From positions 1 to 64,000 of IMG/VR virus record IMGVR_UViG_3300025030_000060: DNA of 64,000 bases; one strand, 5' to 3'. The DNA is from a virus. Both the position numbers and the translations under genes were made by a program. The notes under the pieces were generated by a model. It was not told the DNA's origin. It was given only the letters and a program-made list of their open reading frames with translations, and ran no database searches. Numbering within the stretch: the first letter of the stretch is position 1; each line of letters opens with the position of its first letter. Positions 19,543 to 29,620 of this stretch are shown here, piece after piece.

Positions 19543-19752
19543 TTACCGCACGTTCCCTATAAGGGCCGCCCTCACCCTCTGTTCCCGGAGGTAGTCGGCC
19601 ACGGCTTCCATGTCCCTGACCTCGATCCGGGTCTGTGCCCTTGCCTTATCCCAGCGGTCCAGGCAGAACGGAAGCGAGGATGCTACGCATATCATGACGA
19701 TGACAACCCCAACGGCCACCAGGGACCATGCCCTTATTGTTTCCCAGTTCAC
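19543..19752 (-). CDS. Hypothetical membrane-anchored protein
   Basis: N-terminal TM helix. Confidence 0.6.
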   Translation of the reverse strand: MNWETIRAWSLVAVGVVIVMICVASSLPFCLDRWDKARAQTRIEVRDMEAVADYLREQRVRAALIGNVR

Positions 19753-20009
19753 TTACCACCCCCTTTGAGCACAAGAACATCATGAGCTGCTATCGTCAAA
19801 TCCTCGCCGGTCTGAGGATTGCGACCCTTCTTCTGCTTGCGCCGGACCATCTGGAAGGTTCCAAACCCCTTGATGATGATCTTCTCCCCCTTGCCGGTCC
19901 TGCGGGTGATTGACGCCAGGGCCAGTCCCAGCATCTGCTCGACATCTTTTTTCGTTACGCCGTCCATCTCTTTGGCGACGTCGGCTATCAGTTCCTTCTT
20001 GCCTGCCAT
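19749..20009 (-). CDS. hup: HU/IHF-family DNA-binding protein
   Basis: KKELIADVA...IKGFGTF...GRNPQTGE. Confidence 0.95.
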   Translation of the reverse strand: MAGKKELIADVAKEMDGVTKKDVEQMLGLALASITRRTGKGEKIIIKGFGTFQMVRRKQKKGRNPQTGEDLTIAAHDVLVLKGGGK

Positions 20010-20034
20010 ATCCTGCTCCTTTTGCACATTTATT

Positions 20035-20253
20035 TTATGGGACCAGGGTGTACTCGAAAAGCCCCACCCCTTTATGCTCACACCTGACGTTGTACCCGTT
20101 GGTTCTTATCTCTGACACACAGGAGTTGACGGCGCAAACCCGTGCAGCGGATATGATATCAAGAGTGGTGTGGGGTCTGCCATCGGAAAGTACCGCAAAC
20201 ACCCGTTGAAGCCGCTTACTGGTCTCTAAACTCGCTGAATGAATTGATCCCAC
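20035..20253 (-). CDS. Small winged-helix HTH protein
   Basis: LSDGRPHTT...AVNSCVSEIRTNGYNV. Confidence 0.8.
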   Translation of the reverse strand: MGSIHSASLETSKRLQRVFAVLSDGRPHTTLDIISAARVCAVNSCVSEIRTNGYNVRCEHKGVGLFEYTLVP

Positions 20254-20273
20254 TTTGCCCCCTTGCTGGTTGA

Positions 20274-20780
20274 TTATTCAGTAACAGTCCATGTTGTGCC
20301 GCGCTTCTCAGCCCACCGCCACTTCCAAAACGGAAAATCTACTTTACTCTGGTCAAACATGCATTTGGCCCTTTGGTAGCTGCCGTGCTTGAATCCGTCC
20401 TTGCCTACGCCCTTGGTCTCTACCAGCAGGATGATAGCGCCGTCCTGCCGGGAGAAAACAACCCAGTCTGGGGAGTAGCCGTGCCCGTTGGCGAGGTTGA
20501 GCCTGAAGGGTTCGAAGACGACATCGGCATCTGGATATTCCAGTTCCAGCCTACGGCCATAGGCCGCTTCCGTCTTGTTGGGCTTTTTCTTCTCCTTCGC
20601 AGATACGTCGATCTGGTCCGGGCTCGAAATTTCGCCTTTAGCGGCCTTCTTTCCCGTAAGGCAGGGAAAGGGGCACGGCACGTCCTGCTTCTGGCATGAC
20701 AGACAAGCGGGGTGCCTTCCGTCGCGCTTTTCTCTCCCCATGCGGCAGACGTTCATCATCTTCTCCGGTAACTCGGCCAT
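20274..20780 (-). CDS. PD-(D/E)XK endonuclease (DUF1064/resolvase-like)
   Basis: NKTEAAY...FEP..L.LA...YSPDW...VETKG. Confidence 0.75.
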   Translation of the reverse strand: MAELPEKMMNVCRMGREKRDGRHPACLSCQKQDVPCPFPCLTGKKAAKGEISSPDQIDVSAKEKKKPNKTEAAYGRRLELEYPDADVVFEPFRLNLANGHGYSPDWVVFSRQDGAIILLVETKGVGKDGFKHGSYQRAKCMFDQSKVDFPFWKWRWAEKRGTTWTVTE

Positions 20781-21589
20781 GTGAACTTCAGCAGCGAAGA
20801 CCTCCCCTCATAGAAGCGGTCGATCAGGGTAGGCCCAAGGTAGTCTTCCACCCCGGCCAAGTCGAGGTTGCTTATCAGGATCGTGGGGCGCTGATCCTCG
20901 TAACGCCCGTTGATGGCCTCGAACAGGAGAATCTCTTCAGTTTTGGTGCCGAACTGCTTCCCGATCTCGTCTATCACAAGGATGTCCGGCTTGGTGAAGG
21001 CGTCTATCAGCTCCTGCTCGTCAAGTTTCGGGTTGCCCCAGCTCGTCTTGATCTTCCGTACCAGCTTCATCGCAGTTGTGTGCAGTGCCGTGAAGCCTTC
21101 CGCTACCACCGCCTGACAAATGCAGGCCGACAGCATGTTTTTTCCGGTTCCCGGCTCTCCCAGCATCAGCAGGCTATCGCCGTCATCAAGACGGTTTCTG
21201 AAGGTCTGCACGTACTTCACACACTTCTCCTTCACGACCTCGGCGTCTTCATTCGGCGGGAAGTAGTCCTCAAAGGTTTTCCCCCGATACCGTTTACCGA
21301 TCTGAATGTCCTTGAATACCTGCATTTCCTCTTGGACTCGAAGCGACTCCCTCCGCGCATTGAGCGCCACAGACTCGGCCCGCTGTCTGTCGCATTCCTC
21401 GCAGGGAAGCTCTTCGCTTCGGTGCAGTTCGCAGGCCCACTTTTTCGCTTCAGGTCCACTCATCGCTTTTGTCTCTAAAATCAGCGGCATCTCCGCTACC
21501 GACTCCGGTCCCGATGCCTTGTGCTGCCGCTCTAGTTCCTGCCGTCTCAGCAGGTTTGCGTTCGCTTCCTGTAGCTGTTCCTTTTCCAT
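20756..21589 (-). CDS. dnaC: DnaC/IstB-like helicase-loader ATPase
   Basis: GEPGTGKN, LVIDEIG, NGRYE..RPTILISN, DR. Confidence 0.9.
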   Translation of the reverse strand: MEKEQLQEANANLLRRQELERQHKASGPESVAEMPLILETKAMSGPEAKKWACELHRSEELPCEECDRQRAESVALNARRESLRVQEEMQVFKDIQIGKRYRGKTFEDYFPPNEDAEVVKEKCVKYVQTFRNRLDDGDSLLMLGEPGTGKNMLSACICQAVVAEGFTALHTTAMKLVRKIKTSWGNPKLDEQELIDAFTKPDILVIDEIGKQFGTKTEEILLFEAINGRYEDQRPTILISNLDLAGVEDYLGPTLIDRFYEGRSSLLKFTWPSYRRR

Positions 21590-22640
21590 AGGTGGGTGCC
21601 TCCCAGTTCACCCAGTCCCTCCAGTTATTGAACCATGTCGACCCGTTCTTAGGGGGGCGAGTGGGGTTGCGTCTCAGTTCCTCAAGGTAGTTGTCCAGCG
21701 CCTTGTGAATGTCCTTCAGGTCTTCTCCTGTCTGCACCGTCGCACGGAAGTGGCGCTCCGCTTCCTTCTTGCCGTCCTTCGACGGGTAGCGGCTCCAAAT
21801 CCTCTCGAAGGTCTCCTTGCGATTCTGCATCATCTTCAGGCAGCCGACAATGTGTTCCCTGATCCCGTCCTCATCCTTGCGCTTGGCCGGGGTAGTGGTG
21901 CAGGTCTTTTGAATCTGCGCCAGTGCCTCTATCACGTCTACTTGGGGGAAGAGCTTAACCCAGTCGGAAACGTCGGCCTTGGTGATGGGGAACAGGGCCT
22001 CGTCCTTGAGAATGATTTCGAGCGCAACGTCGGCGGTAGCCGACAAGGGTTTGTCTTTAGATGGAGTTGGTAATGGAGATGGGGATGGTAATGGAGATGG
22101 GCTTACTGATTTCGTTAACGGTCCGTTTACGCTTTCTTTAACGTCACCTTGAACGGTTGGTTCAACGACCGTTGCAACGACGTTAAGGTGTTCGTTACCA
22201 TTGCCACGCTTCGGCTTGGTGAATTCTTTAAACTGCTCCGCCGTAACTGCCTCGTAACCTTTAGCTTTAAGCATCTGATACACTTCAGGGTGCAGCTTCG
22301 CCATACGACTGAACCGAGACTTATCACTACGGTCTTCTGCCGAAGAGGCAAAGCCGTTGTGCTCTACCCAGTCATGGAGAATGTGCAAGCCGTCTACAAC
22401 GTCAATGAAGCGAACATCAACGACCGTTTCAACGAACGTTGAAGGATCGTTAGGCCATTCCGCAGCAATAGCGATCTCTTCGGCGTCCATGTCGGCAAGC
22501 TCCCCGCTACTCTTATGCTCCGCAGCAAACAACCACAGCGTCTGGAGGGAGATAACACCTTGCAAGCCCAGCCTACGCTTTAATTTTATGGTTTTGGGAT
22601 GCCTGAAAAACCCCACCTTTAACCTTATATCAACGTTCAT
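21450..22640 (-). CDS. Phage replication initiator protein
   Basis: DIRL..GFFRHPKTIKL...LHDWVEHN; PSPLP linker; C-terminal FERIWSRYP...STWFN; next to dnaC. Confidence 0.85.
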   Translation of the reverse strand: MNVDIRLKVGFFRHPKTIKLKRRLGLQGVISLQTLWLFAAEHKSSGELADMDAEEIAIAAEWPNDPSTFVETVVDVRFIDVVDGLHILHDWVEHNGFASSAEDRSDKSRFSRMAKLHPEVYQMLKAKGYEAVTAEQFKEFTKPKRGNGNEHLNVVATVVEPTVQGDVKESVNGPLTKSVSPSPLPSPSPLPTPSKDKPLSATADVALEIILKDEALFPITKADVSDWVKLFPQVDVIEALAQIQKTCTTTPAKRKDEDGIREHIVGCLKMMQNRKETFERIWSRYPSKDGKKEAERHFRATVQTGEDLKDIHKALDNYLEELRRNPTRPPKNGSTWFNNWRDWVNWEAPTYGKGTATGSERKPAETAGTRAAAQGIGTGVGSGDAADFRDKSDEWT

Positions 22641-22685
22641 GCCACGCTCCTTGAACGAACCGTTAACGACCGTTGAACGACCGTT
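22117..22685. repeat. Iteron-like AACG(N1-3)CGTT repeats; candidate replication origin
   Basis: AACGACCGTT at 22164, 22419, 22665, 22676; variants at 22117, 22176, 22431, 22654. Confidence 0.7.
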
Positions 22686-22699
22686 GGATTTACGGTCGC

Positions 22700-22752
22700 A
22701 AAAAAGCCCCGCCTCCCACGGCATGACGACGCCGGGGAGAACAGGGCTTTTT
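22700..22752. terminator. Long hairpin flanked by A- and T-runs (bidirectional terminator/attenuator)
   Basis: AAAAAAGCCC...GGGCTTTTT. Confidence 0.55.
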
Positions 22753-22891
22753 GATTCTGGAGGCGGAGTACCACCTTGCTGCTATTTTTTGTGCCTCTCC
22801 AAGTCATAAAAACCACCAAATAGAAATTAATAGGTGCAAACTACCTTTGCCATTAAACACTGTCAAGCTCTTTTAGGCACTGTTCATTATT

Positions 22892-23194
22892 TTAACCGAT
22901 AATCTTATACCTACCCGCCTTGAAATCCACGACCCGTTGCTGGAGCCGCTGCGCCTTGATCTCCATCCACGCGCTTATGGCTTCCTCACCCAGGATTAGA
23001 TCCATCGCCCTGCCGGTCAAACGGACGTCTGCGGCCTCTTCAAGGAGCCCGTCGAGCACATCCCTACCCCTGCCGTGCTGAAAGGCTCTAACAGCAAATT
23101 CGGCGCATTCCTCGCCTGCCTGCTTTATCTGGTTGTCTGCGCCCCATAGGCCGATTGCCTGGAGGATGATCGGGTCATATCGCTTCATGAACAA
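22892..23194 (-). CDS. MazG-like NTP-pyrophosphatase-fold protein
   Basis: WG...Q.KQAGEECAE...LEEAADV. Confidence 0.75.
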   Translation of the reverse strand: MFMKRYDPIILQAIGLWGADNQIKQAGEECAEFAVRAFQHGRGRDVLDGLLEEAADVRLTGRAMDLILGEEAISAWMEIKAQRLQQRVVDFKAGRYKIIG

Positions 23195-23197
23195 CTC

Positions 23198-23476
23198 CTA
23201 CAATAAAGACATTTGATCTGTTGTTGACGACTTGATTACTTGAGGTTTCGGTTCGATCTTCTCGACGGACTCGAATGTAGCCCCAGGGAAGATGTCTTTT
23301 GCCATCTGGAGGGCGAGTAGCCCCTCTTTGGATATGCCCCTCATCCTCTCCAGCTCCCCAGCATTGTAGATGTCGCTGGCTGGCACGCCGTCAAATATGA
23401 GCTGACCCCTTTCATCATCCGAGTTAACCGCCCAGATGGTCCGGCCAAGGGTCTGGCTTTCAATGGGTCGCATCAA
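23198..23476 (-). CDS. Hypothetical protein
   Basis: IESQTLG..IW...Y.AGEL...AKDIFPGA motif. Confidence 0.7.
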   Translation of the reverse strand: MMRPIESQTLGRTIWAVNSDDERGQLIFDGVPASDIYNAGELERMRGISKEGLLALQMAKDIFPGATFESVEKIEPKPQVIKSSTTDQMSLL

Positions 23477-23700
23477 TCCTCTCTTTCGTTCGACTCGACT
23501 GGATTGGAGATGAATTTACGGTGATAAAGAATATGCTTCAACTTCTCGTTGCCCTCCGCAAGAATCTTGTTTTGCTTCTCTAAATCCATGGCCATTGCGA
23601 TATTGTGACGTATCATTCGAGCCTCCAGAAAAGCTGCCCGCCCCAGCTTATGATGTCCGGGGCGGGCTGTGATGTTATTCGCCTCTCTTCCATGCGTCAA
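23473..23700 (-). CDS. Hypothetical protein
   Basis: ORF track. Confidence 0.5.
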   Translation of the reverse strand: MTHGREANNITARPGHHKLGRAAFLEARMIRHNIAMAMDLEKQNKILAEGNEKLKHILYHRKFISNPVESNERED

Positions 23701-24832
23701 TGTCGGCCTCTTTCGCGGCCCACTCGATGGAGAGACGGTCGGCGAGGAAAGTCATAAAGACATCGTTGAACAACTCCCGGCCCTTGTCCACGAGGGCGAT
23801 GCGCTCCAGGAAAACGGCCTGCCGCTCCATCAGCTCGTCCGTGGTGTCACCCTTCTCTAGGCGCACGGCAGGGCATTTGTAGGCGGCGAACTCGAAGTTG
23901 GAGCCACGCAGGGTGAAGGCCCACCCGTTCTCTTCCTGCTCGATGAAGATCCTCGCCACGGTGATCTGCTTTCCTTCGGTGAGGGCCATTTTGACGGCCT
24001 TTATCCGTGACTGGTCGCCCCCCGTGAAAACGATCTTTTCGACTCCGCTCTCGCTGGGCCCCACCAAAAGCAGCTTTTGGTCGATGTAGGCGGTCATCTC
24101 CGGGCGACCAAAGCCGCCGTCCTGCTCGTGCCACAGCAGCCAGAGAAGGAAGTCGGAGCCGATCCACTCATTTTCCTTCAGCAGCCCCAACACGGAGGTA
24201 TCATTTGTGCTGCACTTGTTGGCTGCAATGAGCGCCTGCTGGTAGACCCCGTCCATGTCGCCACGGCCGAGAATAGCAAAGGCACGGTCGTAGGGGGTGA
24301 TGAACCGGAGCCCGTGACTGGGGAAGCTCTTCTTGAACATGTCGTGAAACAGGTCCATGGCTCGCACGGAGAGGTTGCAGAAGGTAATGACATTGGTTTC
24401 GAGGTTCCACACCACGTCATAGATGGTCGGTACCGGGATGAGCTTGGCGAGTAGCGCGGCCCGCTGTGCCTCCTTGATTTCCTCGCGTTTATGCTTGGGC
24501 ACCTTGGTGAAGCCGGGGTTTTCCTGGAGGAAGAGTTCTTCGGCGAGTTTGACGCGCTCCCTCAGTACGGCAGCCGGAACCTTGCGCTGATCCAGGCGAA
24601 GGGAGAAGGCGGCATGCCCTCCGATAAACAGCGTCCCGGACGTGTCGAACTTGGTGAGGGAAGGGTCGAAGATGTTGACCCAGCCCACGGACCTCTCGTC
24701 GGCGGTCTCGTCAATCGGCCTGAAGGCCGCCAAACTGAGAGTTTCCGCGATGGCTTCCGGGCTGATCTTCGAGCCATCATCGGCGGTGACTTTGAACTGG
24801 CAACTATTGAAGGTATTGCTGTTGAACCCCAT
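23675..24832 (-). CDS. rdgC: Recombination-associated protein RdgC family
   Basis: AFRPID...ERSVGWV...FSLRLDQRKVP...GSDFLLWL. Confidence 0.85.
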   Translation of the reverse strand: MGFNSNTFNSCQFKVTADDGSKISPEAIAETLSLAAFRPIDETADERSVGWVNIFDPSLTKFDTSGTLFIGGHAAFSLRLDQRKVPAAVLRERVKLAEELFLQENPGFTKVPKHKREEIKEAQRAALLAKLIPVPTIYDVVWNLETNVITFCNLSVRAMDLFHDMFKKSFPSHGLRFITPYDRAFAILGRGDMDGVYQQALIAANKCSTNDTSVLGLLKENEWIGSDFLLWLLWHEQDGGFGRPEMTAYIDQKLLLVGPSESGVEKIVFTGGDQSRIKAVKMALTEGKQITVARIFIEQEENGWAFTLRGSNFEFAAYKCPAVRLEKGDTTDELMERQAVFLERIALVDKGRELFNDVFMTFLADRLSIEWAAKEADIDAWKRGE

Positions 24833-24856
24833 GCTGTACGCTCCTTGAAGTATATT

Positions 24857-25426
24857 TTAGGTGAACGGTCGTGCCTGCCAGTCGATGGCCGACATGTGAG
24901 AAAGGAATTTGTCCATGATCGACTTCTTCAGAATTTCAACGGCTTCGAGCTTTGTTACACCAGTTCCTACGGTACCGAAACGGCGGTAGATATGCGCCGA
25001 GACCTCTTCTACGGTAAGCTGCATGCCTTCCAGTTTGGCGCGGTACCTGACTGGCAACTCTTCATATTCGGTGAGCATGTTTCCCCCAAAGGGTATGAGG
25101 TTTGACGGCTTCTCCGGGAGTAATGCCACCGGATTGCCAATGTCATGGTTGTGTATCTTTTCGCGCCGAAGCCACCCTTCGTAGGTGTTCATGTAATGCG
25201 GGGGCTTACCTCCGAAGAGGATAGCTGCCACCACGCCAAGAGCTTCATCCTTGGCGAGCCTATCAGCAAAACGGTCGCCGTAGATGATGGTAAAGAAGTT
25301 ATCCTCGATCTGGATCATTTCGAGACTCCGCACGGGAGCCTTGTCAGTCCCTTCAGCGAGCGTCATGCACCCTCCCGGTCTGGGGGTCCAGTTCAAGGCC
25401 ATAGAAGAGGTCCCGGTTTTGGTCAT
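24857..25426 (-). CDS. Hypothetical protein
   Basis: ORF track. Confidence 0.6.
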   Translation of the reverse strand: MTKTGTSSMALNWTPRPGGCMTLAEGTDKAPVRSLEMIQIEDNFFTIIYGDRFADRLAKDEALGVVAAILFGGKPPHYMNTYEGWLRREKIHNHDIGNPVALLPEKPSNLIPFGGNMLTEYEELPVRYRAKLEGMQLTVEEVSAHIYRRFGTVGTGVTKLEAVEILKKSIMDKFLSHMSAIDWQARPFT

Positions 25427-25504
25427 ACGCGATCGAGTAGCGCGACGGCATGACGTGGGGTATTTTTTTAAGCTGGTCTGCCATCTTTTCGAGTTTTTCC
25501 ATGG

Positions 25505-25747
25505 CTACTTGTCTCCTTCGAGCGAGGCAACCTCTTCGCGCAGCGCGGCGATAAGACTATTGGCCTCTTCCATTGCTTCTTTGGTAGAGGCGAGGTCTCC
25601 TTCCAGTGAATCCCTCTCTGACTTCACCGACTCTAATTCCTCATCAAGACGTTCAATCGCCTTGACTACCAAAGATACATCGTCGGAGTATTCGCTTAAC
25701 CGCTCCAAAGCCTTGTCTTCTGTACATGTAGTATTAGTAAGCGACAT
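25505..25747 (-). CDS. Coiled-coil hypothetical protein
   Basis: AAGGAG RBS; heptad pattern. Confidence 0.65.
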   Translation of the reverse strand: MSLTNTTCTEDKALERLSEYSDDVSLVVKAIERLDEELESVKSERDSLEGDLASTKEAMEEANSLIAALREEVASLEGDK

Positions 25748-25842
25748 TTCTTCTCCTTGTTGAATTGCGGCTAAACTCCCTATTCTCGGGTACGTTCTAA
25801 GACCGTCGGGAGCGCCACCCCTAGCATTTAGCCGCAAACTGT

Positions 25843-26847
25843 TTAATCGGTGAACATGGTCCCTTGCTGGCCCCCGGCGTCTTTCAGTTCCTGTGCCTTG
25901 ATTGCCTTCTGCTCGGAGATGGACGGAGCCCCTTCTTCGATGGTGAACTCCGTGCCGCAAAGGGAACAGATAGCCTCGCCTTCGGCAAGGTCTTCCATCG
26001 TGTCGAGGGGGTGCTTGCAGGTAGCGGGGTCTGCTGCGAAATTTGAGATAGATTCGCCTTCCTCCACTTTCGTTGCGCCTGCTGCCGGACCTGCCGCGCT
26101 CGGAACCTCGGCATCGTCGTCATCGAAGCCAGAGAGAATCTTACCGGCGCGGGCTACGCGGGTAGGCGTACCGTTCGCCCCGGTTCCTGGAGAAACGTCG
26201 ATGACGTCCATCATCTCTTCCGTAGACTGCATGCCAAAGGTGATGTCAGTGCAATGGACTTTGGAGAAGTAGGACGCTGCGCGGTACATGAACATCATCT
26301 CCGGCATCGTTTTCCACTTGCTCCCTTCCTTCTGTACCCAGCCCTCACCCTCCACCATGTCCCAGTCGATCCAAGGCCCGTACAACACCTTGCCGTCGCT
26401 CCGGCGCTTGGCGTAGGCCCGGACCCTATAGGTGCGATCCTTCGGGGCCTTCACCTTGGCGTCATAGGCAGGGTCGGTGCCCTTGATCTCGTATTCGAGG
26501 GGTTCCGCAAATCGCCCGGAGCTGTTCACCATGGCGGTGATGATCTTGGCCTCCAGCGTCGGCTTGCCATGAACCACGGCCATGTTCTGCATCAGGAAAA
26601 TGGGGCTGATCCCCATGTTGCCCGCCATTTCGAGGGCGATGAAGCAGTTCCCGGATTTCTGCTGGAACGCCTTGGGTACGATGTCGGATTTTGCAAACAT
26701 ATCCGCCACCTTGTAGAGCTGGTTCATCTTGTTAATGTCAAGGTAGAGTTCGAGACCTGCGGGTACTCCACCTGTCGGTATGGACATGATGGCCTTAGTC
26801 TCTGCCGCTCCCGGTGCGGCCTTGGCTGCTTCGTCTTTTTCCGGCAT
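25843..26847 (-). CDS. recT: RecT/Bet-like single-strand annealing protein
   Basis: SDIVPKAFQ..GNCFIA...MQNMAVVHGKP...SKWKTMPEMM..YRAA. Confidence 0.85.
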   Translation of the reverse strand: MPEKDEAAKAAPGAAETKAIMSIPTGGVPAGLELYLDINKMNQLYKVADMFAKSDIVPKAFQQKSGNCFIALEMAGNMGISPIFLMQNMAVVHGKPTLEAKIITAMVNSSGRFAEPLEYEIKGTDPAYDAKVKAPKDRTYRVRAYAKRRSDGKVLYGPWIDWDMVEGEGWVQKEGSKWKTMPEMMFMYRAASYFSKVHCTDITFGMQSTEEMMDVIDVSPGTGANGTPTRVARAGKILSGFDDDDAEVPSAAGPAAGATKVEEGESISNFAADPATCKHPLDTMEDLAEGEAICSLCGTEFTIEEGAPSISEQKAIKAQELKDAGGQQGTMFTD

Positions 26848-26874
26848 TGCACGACTCCTTTGAGGTTTGTTCTG

Positions 26875-27978
26875 TTACGCCGCCTTCTGTTGGTTGAAGC
26901 GCCACGGCGGGCAAATCGCCTCTTCGAGCAGGTCGAGGGCGGTTATCTGTGAAATGGGAACGGTATGGAGGGGAAGCTCATAAGCCGGGAAGTAGCCCAA
27001 CTCCTTGCACTCCGCGATCTGCATCAGTATACGCCGCGCCTCATCCTGAGAATCCCGGAGCCACTGGTTGCCCTCTGGCCCGCCGCCAAGGTAGACGGTC
27101 TTGACCGCGAAGGGGAAGGTATCCTCTACACCGATGAAGATGAAGGTGTTGACTGGCCGCCCGTTGGCCTCTACCCCGTTAGAATACATACCTCCTTGAA
27201 TATCATAATTCATGTTGCAAATCTGTCGGATGAAGGCGCTGCGCGTCGCCTCTACGGTCTTCTTGAGGTCCACCAGCGTGAAGCACTGTTCGTCGGGGAA
27301 GATGTCGGCCCTTGCTTTACACAGCAGACCGGAGTCCCTGTCGATCCAGACGATAGTGGTCTCGCGCATGCCCCGCGTGAGCAGCTTCTTGACGGTAGGG
27401 TGAGACTTCAGGGCGTTGTCGGCTCCCTTGATAGTCTCAGCCATAGGCGCTCCATTCCAAAAAGCAGGAAGTATAGTTTTGCCTTGGCAGTTCTCTTCAA
27501 ACTCGGACCACCACGCCATGGAGTCAACGGCATCTTGGCACGGGTTCTTAGCTGTGCGCTGGGTAGCGGTCGCCTTCTTCGGGGCGCTGGCCGGGGTGAT
27601 GGCGAATTCCTTGTTGAACGCATCACGCCCTTCGAGGCTGTAGGCGTGGATGGCGGAACCCACGTCCATGTTGTCCGTCACGACTACCGGCTTGCCCGCG
27701 ATGGCGGGGTACTTCATGAACTTCTTCATGTAGCTGGAAGAGATGTACTCCTTCATGAAACTGTGATAGTAGACGTTGGGGATGTCCGGGTAGATTCCGG
27801 GTCCCAGCAGGATCAGTTGCCCCTTCTCGTTGAAGGGGGGGAGACCAGTAGCCATGACGGCTAGGATTTCCGGGGTGATCTCGGCGGGGGTAAGGTAGAT
27901 AGCTTTAAGGGCCTCCGCTGTCGGGGAGACGTATATCTCGGTAGCTACCCCCTGAATGTCTGCAACCTTCTTCTGCAT
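26875..27978 (-). CDS. RecE/Exonuclease VIII-like PD-(D/E)XK nuclease (DUF3799)
   Basis: YYH...ISSS..K...GSAIH...CKARAD...LVDLKKT...YDIQ..MY. Confidence 0.85.
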   Translation of the reverse strand: MQKKVADIQGVATEIYVSPTAEALKAIYLTPAEITPEILAVMATGLPPFNEKGQLILLGPGIYPDIPNVYYHSFMKEYISSSYMKKFMKYPAIAGKPVVVTDNMDVGSAIHAYSLEGRDAFNKEFAITPASAPKKATATQRTAKNPCQDAVDSMAWWSEFEENCQGKTILPAFWNGAPMAETIKGADNALKSHPTVKKLLTRGMRETTIVWIDRDSGLLCKARADIFPDEQCFTLVDLKKTVEATRSAFIRQICNMNYDIQGGMYSNGVEANGRPVNTFIFIGVEDTFPFAVKTVYLGGGPEGNQWLRDSQDEARRILMQIAECKELGYFPAYELPLHTVPISQITALDLLEEAICPPWRFNQQKAA

Positions 27979-28063
27979 GTACTGCCCTCCTTGCCGTCGT
28001 AATGTGTTTAAGATAAGGCGGTACTATATTCCCGCCTTATTTAAGCCAAACACTTTATTGCAG

Positions 28064-29620
28064 TTACAGTTCTTCCGCGACTGCTGCCGGTACGGGTTTT
28101 GTTGTTTTGTCGGCCTTGGTCGCCTTGGCTTTGCCACCCTTCGGCCCTTCGGCCTGCATCTGCTCGTAGATGGCGTCAAGCTCGGCATCGCCGGTCTTCT
28201 TCGAAGCGGCAGGGCTAGCCTCGGCTGCTGCGTCATCGCCCTTCTTGGCGGCCCGCTTCGGCTTGGCGGCCTCTATGATCTTCTCCACGCCTTCCGTGGT
28301 CCCGCCCTCCATTATGCCGTCTTCAATGATGAGGTTGCCGCTCTTGCCGTCGTTCACCATCTCGGTGAGTATCTGGATGTCATCGGCTGCCGCCATGGCG
28401 TACAGGTGTTCCAGGTTCTCCGGGTCAAGGTCGCCGGGGCGGGAGAGCCGCAGGATGTTGAAGCGCGGTGAAAGCACCTTGGCGATGCCGTAGCCGACGA
28501 TGAGCCGTTCCATGTCTGAAGACTGGGAGAAGGGCATGTCGTTGAAGGTGATGTCGGTGTCATCGAAGCCTAGTCCCTCCACGGAAAAGTTGGCCTCCTT
28601 GATAGCCTTTTTCTTGCGGAAGTCGTAGGCGTCCAGCTTCAGTGTGAGGTCTTCCGACTCCTTCTGCTTGGCGGCCACCTTCTCAGCCAGTTCCGCCCGC
28701 TCCTTCTTGGCCCGGACCCTGACGTTGATCTGCTCCACGTCGGCCATGCGCTGGCTGTAGCCGGTCATGTCGGGGTCCACGATGGCTGTCACCTGTTCCT
28801 GAAGCTCCCGGCCCGATGCGTTGATCCCCGCAAGCTCCTTCTTGAGCACGTCGAGTTTCTCGTTCTCGGCGTCGAGCTTGGCCTGAAGCTCCACGATGGC
28901 GGCCTCGGACACGGTTATCTTTTCCTTGCAGACGTTGCGGTCCTGCATCCGGGTCTGGAGGGCCTGCCGCAGCAGATTATTGGCGTCCAGCTTCAGTTGC
29001 TCTTGCTGCATCTCTTCGGTGATTTCCTTGACGCTGATCTCCACGTCCGGGGCCTCCACTTCGGGCTTTGCCTTGAGCTGCGCCTCCAGCGCCTTATGCT
29101 CCCGGTTGACGAGGGTGCGCTCATCGAAAACGGCTTTGCGGCCCGCCTTCCACTCCTTCAGGTCCAGCCCCCCCAAGTCGAGCAGGGAAAGTACCAGTTC
29201 CAGCCGCTTGTCGGAGTCCATCCGGTAGAACTGGGAGAGGTCGTAGAATTTGCCCCTGAAGGTGTCAAGGACCGTCTGCCCCGGTTCCAGTTTGAATCCA
29301 TCGGCGGTAGTGACCAAGAGCTTCTTGGTTTGTCCGTCCTGTGTCAGTTCGCGGTGAACGAGGATGTCGCCCAAGTCGAGGCTGATCTTCGCCGACTCGG
29401 CATCGCCGTGGACGGGTTTAGTGATACCCAACTCCTTCATCGCATCCGATCCGCCCATGCCCACCCACATGGCATTGCAGTTGCTGGTTTTACCCTGCCG
29501 GTTCTTGCCGGAAATCTGTACGCTCTTGCCCATCGGAGCCATATTGGACAAGATGACTTTGCAGAAGTTTTCAACCCTCATCCCCATCAAGCGAACTGAC
29601 TTTTCTTTGCGGTTCTCCAT
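28064..29620 (-). CDS. AAA/SMC-like coiled-coil ATPase
   Basis: RVENF..V, ISGKNRQGKTS Walker A, long coiled coil. Confidence 0.85.
   Translation of the reverse strand: MENRKEKSVRLMGMRVENFCKVILSNMAPMGKSVQISGKNRQGKTSNCNAMWVGMGGSDAMKELGITKPVHGDAESAKISLDLGDILVHRELTQDGQTKKLLVTTADGFKLEPGQTVLDTFRGKFYDLSQFYRMDSDKRLELVLSLLDLGGLDLKEWKAGRKAVFDERTLVNREHKALEAQLKAKPEVEAPDVEISVKEITEEMQQEQLKLDANNLLRQALQTRMQDRNVCKEKITVSEAAIVELQAKLDAENEKLDVLKKELAGINASGRELQEQVTAIVDPDMTGYSQRMADVEQINVRVRAKKERAELAEKVAAKQKESEDLTLKLDAYDFRKKKAIKEANFSVEGLGFDDTDITFNDMPFSQSSDMERLIVGYGIAKVLSPRFNILRLSRPGDLDPENLEHLYAMAAADDIQILTEMVNDGKSGNLIIEDGIMEGGTTEGVEKIIEAAKPKRAAKKGDDAAAEASPAASKKTGDAELDAIYEQMQAEGPKGGKAKATKADKTTKPVPAAVAEEL

Noticed and set aside
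22068-22101. Direct repeat TGGTAATGGAGATGGG x2
   Set aside because: Explained by the PSPLP low-complexity linker common in phage Rep proteins
25765-25838. tRNA gene
   Set aside because: No T-arm GTTCRA or D-arm consensus; no tRNA or rRNA was recognised anywhere in the window
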